Shown here: piece after piece, positions 1 through 7,985 of the stretch
Layout of the letters: every line of letters starts with the position of its first letter
Numbering within the stretch: the stretch's first letter is position 1
From: Bacillota bacterium
Lineage (GTDB): Bacteria; Bacillota; Clostridia; Saccharofermentanales; DTU023
DNA: 54,205 nucleotides
Assembly: GCA_023388605.1 (NCBI GenBank)
Contig: JAEWFX010000062.1
Coordinates: forward strand, 1 to 54,205
Direction of reading: 5' to 3'
Notes under the pieces: model-generated
The model's database searches: none
What the model was told of the DNA's origin: nothing
Seen by the model: the letters and a program-made list of their open reading frames with translations, nothing else
Position numbers and translations under genes: made by a program

Positions 1-17
1 AATAAGCACTGCTCAGG

Positions 18-46
18 AGACTGTCGAATGACAGTCTTTTGTTTTT
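18..46 (+). terminator. Rho-independent terminator of the upstream off-window gene
   Basis: Hairpin AGACTGTC-GAAT-GACAGTCT followed by TTTGTTTTT. Confidence 0.6.
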
Positions 47-105
47 GTCCCATTTATTTCATGTATACTTATGTCGTTTGAACATTTTGTTTTTAGGGGA
101 TAGGT

Positions 106-1146
106 ATGTTTTTGTTTGGTAAAAAACGTAAGGACGGTAAACTGGTCACTGAAGGTGATCCGATGATCCACATCATGCCGTATGTGATGCGTGGTCGCAA
201 TGAGTCAGCTGTCTACTACACTAATACTATCGATATAGAGAATATTCAGAAATATATCCGTGAACAGCGCAAAAATAATACGCGTGTGACTCTGTTTAAT
301 ATTATCGTTACCACTATCTTACAGATCTTTTATACACGCCCGCACATGAATCGTTTCGTTGCTGGTAGGCGTTTGTATGACCACAATGATGTGGAGATTT
401 TGTATACCGTCAAGATAAGCATGAACGACAATAGCTATGAATCAGTCGCTCGTGTCAAATTTGATGGTGATGACAATTTGAGCTCAGTCACTGAACAGAT
501 GAATCAACAGATCGAAAAGATCAAGCAAGGCAGTGAAGGTTGGGATGATAAGCTCATCCATTTCTTTGCCGGTATGCCACGTTGGTTCTTGCGTGCAATG
601 CTCGGCTGGTTCCGTTGGTTAGATTTTCACGGTATGATGCCCAAGACTTTGATCGACATCATACCTATGTACTCTTCCATGTTTATATCGCACTTAGGCA
701 GTATCGGCGGCAATGCAGCTTTTCATCATCTATATGAGTTCGGTACCACATCTATTTTTATGACTATCAGTAAGGTGTATGAAAAACCGTTCAAGACCGA
801 AGATGGTGGTATAGAATGGCACAAGGTCATCGATCTCAATTTCACTATTGATGAGCGCATCGTCGATGGCTTCTACCTTATCAAGAGTTTGAAACTATTT
901 AATCAATTGTTGGAAAATCTCGAATTATTGGAGTATTCCCCAAATGAGTTGAAGGAATTGATCGACAAAGGGACAGTGCAATTCGGTCGCAGTAAGATCA
1001 ACATCGATTATGATAAAATCAAGAACAATGATAAAGACGAAAAGTCACATCACGATAAGAGTCCTCTAGAATTGATCATCGACCAAGAGGACTCAAAATT
1101 GAATAAACCAGTAGAAATTAGTCAGCCGGCAGATATAGAGGAATAG
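106..1146 (+). CDS. Stand-alone 2-oxoacid dehydrogenase E2 / CAT-fold acyltransferase catalytic-domain protein, with no lipoyl domain and a charged C-terminal tail
   Basis: 346-aa ORF. The C-terminal core LNFTIDERIVDGFYLIKSLKLFNQLLENLELL matches the E2 catalytic-domain signature (DHRxxDG...F...L..P..L), with Glu in place of His. The N-terminal part resembles the E2 substrate-channel region. The K/D/E-rich tail is low complexity. Confidence 0.7.
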   Translation: MFLFGKKRKDGKLVTEGDPMIHIMPYVMRGRNESAVYYTNTIDIENIQKYIREQRKNNTRVTLFNIIVTTILQIFYTRPHMNRFVAGRRLYDHNDVEILYTVKISMNDNSYESVARVKFDGDDNLSSVTEQMNQQIEKIKQGSEGWDDKLIHFFAGMPRWFLRAMLGWFRWLDFHGMMPKTLIDIIPMYSSMFISHLGSIGGNAAFHHLYEFGTTSIFMTISKVYEKPFKTEDGGIEWHKVIDLNFTIDERIVDGFYLIKSLKLFNQLLENLELLEYSPNELKELIDKGTVQFGRSKINIDYDKIKNNDKDEKSHHDKSPLELIIDQEDSKLNKPVEISQPADIEE

Positions 1147-1836
1147 ATGTTTAATAGTTTTAATATTGTTGAGATATTATCTTCCATTTTGGTATACACT
1201 TTTTCGCTGTCAGTACATGAGTATGCCCATGCCCGTATGGCGTATAGTCTAGGGGATAGAACTGCTTTCAGCCTCGGTCGCATGACGATAAATCCTGCTA
1301 AGCACATCGATCCTTTAGGTCTAGTAGCTTTTATCGTCGCTCATATAGGTTGGGCGAGACCAGTACCTTTTAATCCAAATAATTTCCGCAAAAATATCAG
1401 TAGACGTTGGGGTACATTGCTAGTTGCCATCGCTGGTCCAGTCAGCAATCTGATCATATCGTTTGTATCATACTTTATATTCAATTTGATCACAGTGCTG
1501 TTTTTGTCACCTTATAATATGACGCAAGCAACTGCTGGAACTGCCGTAATTTTCACTGTCTTAGATGTGTTGAACTTCTTCTTTGTGTGGAATATTTGGA
1601 TTGCGGTATTCAATATGATGCCCTTTCCTCCGCTCGATGGCTTCAAGGTATTCGGTGCTCTATTGCCTGCTAGATTTTACTACCTTATCAGTCAGTATGA
1701 ACAACAGATTTATATCATTCTTTTAGTATTTATTATCGCTGGCAGGGGGTTATTGAGCAGATTATTGTACATATTTGTTTTGCCGTTATCTAGATTGATA
1801 GCCTATCCCATCGATTTGTTGTTCTCCTTGTTCTAA
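1147..1836 (+). CDS. Site-2 protease family (peptidase M50) integral membrane zinc metalloprotease
   Basis: HEYAH (HExxH) lies in the first hydrophobic segment, and NMMPFPPLDG matches the NxxPxxxLDG motif. The protein is multipass hydrophobic. Its ATG directly abuts the upstream TAG. Confidence 0.85.
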   Translation: MFNSFNIVEILSSILVYTFSLSVHEYAHARMAYSLGDRTAFSLGRMTINPAKHIDPLGLVAFIVAHIGWARPVPFNPNNFRKNISRRWGTLLVAIAGPVSNLIISFVSYFIFNLITVLFLSPYNMTQATAGTAVIFTVLDVLNFFFVWNIWIAVFNMMPFPPLDGFKVFGALLPARFYYLISQYEQQIYIILLVFIIAGRGLLSRLLYIFVLPLSRLIAYPIDLLFSLF

Positions 1837-1837
1837 T

Positions 1838-2578
1838 ATGTTGATCGATGATATTAAAATAGCTAATTTTTCTGGGCCGCTGGATTTGCTCTGGCAACTC
1901 TTGCAGGTCAATAATTTTGATATCAAAGATATTCCAATAGCTAAAATTACGGAACAATATCTGACGATTATTCATCGTGACATCGATAATATAGATCCTG
2001 AGCTCGCTAGCGAATTCTTGATTATGGCTTCTACTTTGATGCAGCTTAAGTCACAGATCCTCCTGCCGCAGCTGTCTGATGATGAAGATGAAGAAGATCC
2101 ACGTGAAGAGTTGACTATTAAATTATTGCGCTATCGACGCAATAAACTGATAGCAGAACAATTGTGCAATATGTACGAGTCAAATAGTGGTTCTTATCGT
2201 CGCCAGCCGCTCAGTCCCTCGGATCTAGGTATAGATATTGATGTTATTGAAGACAAACCAAGTAAGAACAAATTTCTAGATGCTGTTGAGCGTTTGCTCA
2301 GACGTAATGAAGAGAGATTCAGTGATCGTCAACAAAAATTGCGTAGATTATTGCGTCGAGAGACGTTTTCAGTACGTGACAAAATCAAATTCATCGCCGA
2401 TAAGTTGACTAAATTAAAGCAGTTTAGCTTCAGCGATATTTTTCCGCGTTCCAAGATGCCTAAAGGAGAGATTGTGGCAGGATTTTTAGCTGTCTTAGAA
2501 ATGGTCAAAAACCAGCGTATTATAGCCAAACAATCTAAACCTTTTTCAGAGATAACAGTGAGACGAAATAATGAGTGA
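1838..2578 (+). CDS. scpA: Segregation and condensation protein A (kleisin)
   Basis: The N-terminus FSGPLDLLWQLL and the acidic linker are typical of ScpA. It overlaps the start of the downstream scpB. Confidence 0.85.
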   Translation: MLIDDIKIANFSGPLDLLWQLLQVNNFDIKDIPIAKITEQYLTIIHRDIDNIDPELASEFLIMASTLMQLKSQILLPQLSDDEDEEDPREELTIKLLRYRRNKLIAEQLCNMYESNSGSYRRQPLSPSDLGIDIDVIEDKPSKNKFLDAVERLLRRNEERFSDRQQKLRRLLRRETFSVRDKIKFIADKLTKLKQFSFSDIFPRSKMPKGEIVAGFLAVLEMVKNQRIIAKQSKPFSEITVRRNNE

Positions 2579-3146
2579 TAACAATGAATTCCTGAAAACT
2601 ACCATAATAGATGACGACGAGCTGAAATCATTGATTGAAGCTCTTCTATTCGCTGCTGCTGAACCTTTAGCGCTGTCGAATATTTGTCAGATTTGTGATA
2701 TGTCGCAAGCACGAGTGATGGACATATTAGCCTTACTAGAAGAAAAATACGCAGCCAAAGATTCTGGCCTTCAACTACGCAGTGTTGAGGATAAATATTA
2801 TTTAGCGACTAAGAGTCAATGGCAAGAGTACTTAGCTCGTCTATTCAGACCGGAACACAGACCAGCTCTGAGCAATGCCGCCTATGAGGTCCTAGCCTGT
2901 ATCGCCTACAACCAACCTTGTACTAGAGCACAGATTGAGCAGGTGAGAGGAGTCAATTCCGATACTTTAGTTTCTCGTCTGTTAGAACGTGGCTTGATCG
3001 AAGAAACAGGTCAGTTGGATTTGCCTGGCAGACCTGCAGTGTTTTCAGTTACAGAACATTTTTTGCAGGAGTTTGGTCTCAAAAGTGTAGATGATTTACC
3101 CACACAGGAAATGCTGATGTACGATATTCTAAATCAGTTGTCTTGA
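2571..3146 (+). CDS. scpB: Segregation and condensation protein B
   Basis: LIEALLFAAAEPL and tandem winged-helix-like repeats (AYEVLACIAYNQPCTRAQIEQVRGV) are present. It is coupled to scpA by an ATGAGTGA overlap. Confidence 0.85.
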   Translation: MSDNNEFLKTTIIDDDELKSLIEALLFAAAEPLALSNICQICDMSQARVMDILALLEEKYAAKDSGLQLRSVEDKYYLATKSQWQEYLARLFRPEHRPALSNAAYEVLACIAYNQPCTRAQIEQVRGVNSDTLVSRLLERGLIEETGQLDLPGRPAVFSVTEHFLQEFGLKSVDDLPTQEMLMYDILNQLS

Positions 3147-3156
3147 GTTTGGCGAT

Positions 3157-3185
3157 TTGATGAGATTTTATTTTTTTAATATACT
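3157..3185 (+). promoter_or_regulatory. Candidate sigma-A-type promoter for the carboxylase cluster
   Basis: TTGATG, 17 nt spacer, TATACT, in the 62-bp gap after scpB. Confidence 0.35.
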
Positions 3186-3235
3186 TGATGTGTTTGATTT
3201 GAGCTTTTATGAGTTCTAAATATCGAGGTGATTTA

Positions 3236-4699
3236 ATGGGTGCTAAACAAAGAGTTGAAGCATTTAATGCTAAACAATCTAAAGAATTTCAGAGCCGAAA
3301 TGAGAAAATTGTATCACGCCGTATTATGAGTTTGTTCGATGAAGATAGCTTCGTCGAATTCGCTAAATACTATGGTCTCGACGCTGAGTCTAAATTTCGT
3401 GAGCAGACCCCTAAAGACGGTATTACCACTGGTGTGGCCATGGTCAACGAATATCCAGTAATGGTGATCGCTCATGATCCCGAGATTCATTTAGGTTCGC
3501 TCGGCCTGCGTGACTTATCGAAGGCTACTAACGCTTTGAGTCGTGCTATCAGTATGGGTATCCCTATAGTATCTATGTTGGATTGTGCAGGAATTCAGAT
3601 CGATGAAGGTGCAGATACTCTTCTAGCGTTGTCGATCTTCAACGATATGTATCGTACTGCTAGCGAATGTAATCCTACCATCTCCTTGGTCTATGGTCCA
3701 GTTATCGGCTCCTTGTCCCTATTGCCGAGAATGTCGGCTTTTACCATTATGCATCGTGAGAAAGGTGCTATCAGTGTCAATGGACCGATGGTTGTGGCAG
3801 CTACAGAAGGTAAAGCCCCAGATCATCAGCTTTTGGCTGGCGGTGAAGTACAAGCAGCTTGTGGCGGAACTGATTTCTTAGTAGATAACGAAGAGGCTAT
3901 GGCCGCTGTTCTAGCTGATATTATCGATAAACTCAATAATGATGAACGAGATCTCAAGGATGATCCCAATCGTATCGAAGAAGAATTAGATCAGATCGCC
4001 ATGAATATGGACAGTACTGTAGATATGTCCAGGATTTTTGAATTGGTATCTGATCGCGGTAGTTTTGTAGAATTCAATTCTGCTTACGCCAGTGAGTTAG
4101 TTACTGGATGGGGTAAGCTCAATGGTACAACTGTAGGTTTTATCGGTTCTAACAGCGAGATCTGGACCGCTCCAATGTGTTGGAAAGCTAAGAGCTGTAT
4201 TGAAAAATTTGAGAAACTAGGAATGAGGTTTTTTAATTTTGTTCGCGGCACAGGTGCTGAGATCAGTTCTCAGGCAGAGCAAGCTGGTCTCAATCTAGCT
4301 TTAGCTGAGCTATCACGCAAACTGTCTTCCACTGGTTGTCTCGCAGCTAATGTCATCGTCGGCAAAGTATATGGCGTCATGTTCTCAACTCTGGTCGCTA
4401 GACCAGAAAGCAAGACTTGCCTGGTATGGCCGAGCGCAGAGATGTCCTTAGTTCCTTCTGATACCGCAGCTTCAATTCTTTACTTAGAGGAGATGAAGGG
4501 TGTAGATAATCCGCAAGCGAAACGTCAAGAGTTGGCAGATCGTTATGCGGAAGAAGAAGCCTCAGGTAGCGTATTCGAGAAACTTAGTTTCAGTTTCCAG
4601 ACCATCAGTCCTCGTGGTACCAGACTACATTTATATGCCAATGTTGGCTTGATGGACGAAGATCCAGATTTAGAAGAAATTAATTTTGCTGAATTTTAA
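3236..4699 (+). CDS. Acyl-CoA carboxyltransferase, 12S/PccB/MmdA-like but divergent
   Basis: It has the two-domain crotonase-like carboxyltransferase layout (VMVIAHDPEIHLGSLG...LDCAGIQIDEG...NGPMVV; TGWGKLNGTTVGFIGSN...WPSAEMSLV). I prefer the ATG at 3236, which has GAGGTG 5 nt upstream, over the ORF-track start at 3209, which has no SD. Confidence 0.75.
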   Translation: MGAKQRVEAFNAKQSKEFQSRNEKIVSRRIMSLFDEDSFVEFAKYYGLDAESKFREQTPKDGITTGVAMVNEYPVMVIAHDPEIHLGSLGLRDLSKATNALSRAISMGIPIVSMLDCAGIQIDEGADTLLALSIFNDMYRTASECNPTISLVYGPVIGSLSLLPRMSAFTIMHREKGAISVNGPMVVAATEGKAPDHQLLAGGEVQAACGGTDFLVDNEEAMAAVLADIIDKLNNDERDLKDDPNRIEEELDQIAMNMDSTVDMSRIFELVSDRGSFVEFNSAYASELVTGWGKLNGTTVGFIGSNSEIWTAPMCWKAKSCIEKFEKLGMRFFNFVRGTGAEISSQAEQAGLNLALAELSRKLSSTGCLAANVIVGKVYGVMFSTLVARPESKTCLVWPSAEMSLVPSDTAASILYLEEMKGVDNPQAKRQELADRYAEEEASGSVFEKLSFSFQTISPRGTRLHLYANVGLMDEDPDLEEINFAEF

Positions 4700-4719
4700 T
4701 AACAGGTAGGAGAATGTCT

Positions 4720-5112
4720 ATGAAAAAATTTAAAATCAATGTTAATGGCGTTGCATATGATGTTGAAGTAGAAGAGGTAAAAGGTACAAGTTCCAGCATG
4801 CCTCAAACAACAGCTCCGGTAGCTCAATCCACACCTGCTGTGGAGACAGCGACACCGGCTCCTACCGCAGCAGTTGAAGCTGCTCCTGTAGTGAGCGGGG
4901 CTGAAACTGTAGATGCACCAATGCCAGGCACTATCTTATCGATAGCTACACAAGCTGGTGCTCAGGTCAAGGCAGGAGATGTGCTGTTAGTTTTAGAGGC
5001 CATGAAGATGGAGAATGAAATAGTCGCTCCTCGTGATGGTGAAGTCGCAGCTGTACACGTAAACGTCAGCGCCGTCGTAGATGCTGGACAGGCTCTGGTC
5101 AGCTTAAAATAA
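4720..5112 (+). CDS. Biotin carboxyl carrier subunit (1.3S-like biotinyl protein)
   Basis: The N-terminus MKKFKINVNGVAYDVEVEEV, an Ala/Pro-rich linker and the biotinylation motif EAMKMENEI are present. The ATG at 4720 has AGGAGA 6 nt upstream; the ATG at 4714 is too close to the SD. Confidence 0.85.
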   Translation: MKKFKINVNGVAYDVEVEEVKGTSSSMPQTTAPVAQSTPAVETATPAPTAAVEAAPVVSGAETVDAPMPGTILSIATQAGAQVKAGDVLLVLEAMKMENEIVAPRDGEVAAVHVNVSAVVDAGQALVSLK

Positions 5113-5123
5113 TCGAGGTTACT

Positions 5124-6527
5124 ATGGCTAAAGTTAAGATTGTAGATACTATCTTACGTGATGCTCACCAGTCTCTGGCAGCTACTCGTATGACAACAGA
5201 GCAGATGTTGCCTGCCCTAGAGAGTTTGGATAAAGTTGGTTACCATGCACTAGAGTGCTGGGGAGGAGCTACTTTTGATTCGTGCATTCGCTTCTTGAAC
5301 GAAGACCCTTGGGAGAGATTGCGCACCATCCGTAAACATTGTCCTAACACAAAGTTACAGATGTTATTGCGTGGACAGAATTTGCTCGGTTACAAACATT
5401 ATGCAGACGATTTAGTTGAGTATTTTGTAGCTAAAGCTATTGAGAATGGTATGGATATTTTCCGTATCTTCGATGCTCTAAATGATTTCCGCAATATCGA
5501 GACAGCGATGAAGGCCACTAAGAAGTACGGCGGACATGCTCAAGGGTGTATTTCCTATACCTTGAGTCCTTTCCACTCGATCGAAAAATTCGTCGAAGAT
5601 GCTAAGCGTCTTGAAAGTATGGGTGCTGATTCCATCTGTATCAAGGATATGGCAGGTCTGTTGTTGCCGTACTCTGCTTACGAATTGGTCAAAGGTTTGA
5701 AAGAGGCTCTGTCTATTCCTGTAGATCTGCACACTCACTATACCAGTGGTACAGCTTCAATGGTCTTGTTAAAAGCCATCGAAGCTGGCGTTGATATCGT
5801 AGATACTGCTCTGAGTCCCTTGGCTCTCGGCACTTCACAAGCTCCGACTGAACCTCTAGTAGCTTCGCTGCAAAATACTGAATATGATACTGGACTTGAT
5901 CTAGAACTCTTAACTGATATCTCCAAACATTTTGACGGTATCCGCAAAGAGTGGTTAGAGTCTGGACGTATCAGCACCAAAGTATTGGGAGTTGATGTCA
6001 ACACCTTAAAATATCAGGTGCCTGGTGGTATGTTATCCAACCTTGTCTCTCAATTGCAGGAGGCTAAGCAGGAGGATCGTCTCTTGGAGGTTCTGCAAGA
6101 AGTTCCACGTGTGCGTGCTGATTTTGGTTATCCACCTTTGGTAACACCTTCTTCACAGATCGTCGGTACACAAGCTGTGCTCAATGTTCTGATGGGCGAG
6201 CGATACAAGATGGTTACCAAAGAAAGTAAGGGCATTCTCAAAGGTCAGTACGGTGCGACTCCTGCCCCTATCGACGACGAGTTGCGAGCACGTCTGCTTA
6301 AGGAAGAGAAGGACGATGTGATCACTTGCCGACCTGCTGACTTGATTCAGCCTGAGCTTGAAGAAATGAAGAAAGCGTCTGCTCAATGGCGTGAAAAAGA
6401 CGAAGATGTTTTGACCTACGCCATGTTCCCGCAAGTAGCAGAGAAATATTTCACTTGGCGTCAAGCTCGTGACCATAAGATTGACAACACAGTTGGAGAT
6501 AGCTCAAAAGCCATTCAACCAGCCTAG
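5124..6527 (+). CDS. Oxaloacetate decarboxylase alpha / pyruvate carboxylase B / transcarboxylase 5S-type carboxyltransferase, with no biotinyl domain
   Basis: It has the TIM-barrel HMGL-like signature DTILRDAHQS, CIKDMAGLL (the Lys normally carbamylated) and HTHYTSG. At 467 aa it ends without an AMKM motif. Confidence 0.85.
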   Translation: MAKVKIVDTILRDAHQSLAATRMTTEQMLPALESLDKVGYHALECWGGATFDSCIRFLNEDPWERLRTIRKHCPNTKLQMLLRGQNLLGYKHYADDLVEYFVAKAIENGMDIFRIFDALNDFRNIETAMKATKKYGGHAQGCISYTLSPFHSIEKFVEDAKRLESMGADSICIKDMAGLLLPYSAYELVKGLKEALSIPVDLHTHYTSGTASMVLLKAIEAGVDIVDTALSPLALGTSQAPTEPLVASLQNTEYDTGLDLELLTDISKHFDGIRKEWLESGRISTKVLGVDVNTLKYQVPGGMLSNLVSQLQEAKQEDRLLEVLQEVPRVRADFGYPPLVTPSSQIVGTQAVLNVLMGERYKMVTKESKGILKGQYGATPAPIDDELRARLLKEEKDDVITCRPADLIQPELEEMKKASAQWREKDEDVLTYAMFPQVAEKYFTWRQARDHKIDNTVGDSSKAIQPA

Positions 6528-6550
6528 TTGATCAGTAAATTTTGATTCAG

Positions 6551-6578
6551 AGAGGTTGACTACGTCAGCCTCTTTTTT
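6551..6578 (+). terminator. Rho-independent terminator after the carboxylase cluster
   Basis: 10-bp stem AGAGGTTGAC/GTCAGCCTCT (one G-U pair), 3-nt loop, then a T-run. Confidence 0.6.
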
Positions 6579-6584
6579 GTTAGA

Positions 6585-6593
6585 TGTTATACT
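6585..6593 (+). promoter_or_regulatory. Candidate extended -10 promoter for cmk
   Basis: TGtTATACT lies 33 nt upstream of the cmk ATG. There is no good -35 element. Confidence 0.3.
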
Positions 6594-6625
6594 AGCAGAG
6601 CAATAATGTTTTACTAGGTGAGATT

Positions 6626-7306
6626 ATGGATAGATACATAACAATAGCTATTGATGGCCCTTCAGGTGTAGGCAAGACAACAATCGCTGCTAAAGTAGCA
6701 AAGATGCTAGGGATTATGCACCTAGATACCGGTGCGATGTATAGAGCCCTCGGACTTGCTGCTGTACGAGAGGGATTAGATCCGATACAACAAACGACAG
6801 CTCAAAGTATATTGCATGATCACAAGTTACAAGTTAGATTTATCGATAATTCTCAACATACCTTTTTAGATGAAGAGGATGTCACGGATCTTTTGCGTTC
6901 TGAAGAAATATCGATGGCTGCTTCTACGATCAGCAAGCATCAGTTGATCAGAGATTATCTCACCGATATACAACGAAAATTAGCTGAGAAAAATTCTTTT
7001 GTGCTAGAAGGTCGTGATATTGGTACCGTGGTATTGCCTTCAGCTACATTGAAGATTTTTTTGACTGCGAATAGCGATGCTCGTACTGATCGTCGCTACA
7101 GCGATCTCTTTAAAAAAGGATATACAGTAACCAAGGAAGAAGTGGCAGCTGATTTAGCTAGACGTGATAAACAGGACTCTGAGCGAGCCATTGCTCCTTT
7201 GCGTCAAGCAGAAGACGCTGTTTTGATCGATTCTTCCAATTATGAGGTGGAAGACACTCTAGAGCAGGTGCTGAAAATATTAAGGGAAAGAAATTTGATC
7301 TCATAG
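6626..7306 (+). CDS. cmk: Cytidylate kinase
   Basis: P-loop IAIDGPSGVGKTT, then DTGAMYRA and GRDIGTVV. Confidence 0.9.
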   Translation: MDRYITIAIDGPSGVGKTTIAAKVAKMLGIMHLDTGAMYRALGLAAVREGLDPIQQTTAQSILHDHKLQVRFIDNSQHTFLDEEDVTDLLRSEEISMAASTISKHQLIRDYLTDIQRKLAEKNSFVLEGRDIGTVVLPSATLKIFLTANSDARTDRRYSDLFKKGYTVTKEEVAADLARRDKQDSERAIAPLRQAEDAVLIDSSNYEVEDTLEQVLKILRERNLIS

Positions 7307-7307
7307 T

Positions 7308-7952
7308 ATGGTTAACAGACAGCTAGAAGCCCAGTACCGTCTGTCGAATTTGTCTAATTATCCCAGGTATGTGCGGATAGTATCTCATTTGATTTATTTC
7401 GTTTTCCGCCTGCTGTATCGACCGTGTTATCATGGCCTAGAATATTTGCCGGTAAATGGCGGCTACATCTTCGCTGGCAATCATGTATCGCTATTTGATA
7501 TTCCAGCTATGCACGCCATCAATCCGCAACCTATTAAGTGGTTAGCCAAAAAAGAATTATTTAGCAATAGATTTACCGCAAAGTTATTCAGAGATTATGA
7601 AGCGATTCCGCTAGATCGTGAACATGCTTCGATCGATACTATGCGACAAGTATCATCTGTCTTGCAAAATAATGGAGTTCTTGGTATTTTCCCTCAAGGT
7701 ACCAGAGTAAAAGAAGAGGAAATAGCTGAGATTAAACCTAAAGCGGGAGTCGCTGCCATCGCCTTAAAAAGACGTGCGATGATCATACCGTTTAGTGTAC
7801 CTACGAAGATGCGTTTAGGTAGAAAAAATCATTACTACATCGGCCCAGCCTTTAGCCTGTTTTCTCCCCAAAGGCGTCCTAGTCCAGAAAATATGCAAGA
7901 ACTGAGCGATGAATTGCTTAGAAATGCTTTAAATTTGAGAGTTTCTCAATGA
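7308..7952 (+). CDS. plsC: 1-acyl-sn-glycerol-3-phosphate acyltransferase
   Basis: HX4D motif AGNHVSLFDIP and FPQGTR. Confidence 0.8.
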   Translation: MVNRQLEAQYRLSNLSNYPRYVRIVSHLIYFVFRLLYRPCYHGLEYLPVNGGYIFAGNHVSLFDIPAMHAINPQPIKWLAKKELFSNRFTAKLFRDYEAIPLDREHASIDTMRQVSSVLQNNGVLGIFPQGTRVKEEEIAEIKPKAGVAAIALKRRAMIIPFSVPTKMRLGRKNHYYIGPAFSLFSPQRRPSPENMQELSDELLRNALNLRVSQ

Positions 7953-7985
7953 TAGGACTAATAAAAATTTTTTAGAAGTGCATTT

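Noticed and set aside
3209-3235. N-terminal extensions suggested by the longest-ORF starts at 3209, 4714, 12858, 14151, 27957, 28988, 40934, 41490, 52173 and 52531.
   Set aside because: In each case a downstream ATG has a properly spaced GGAGG-like SD, and the product then begins at the family-typical N-terminus. Several of the upstream starts are TTG codons inside the preceding gene or inside the SD itself.
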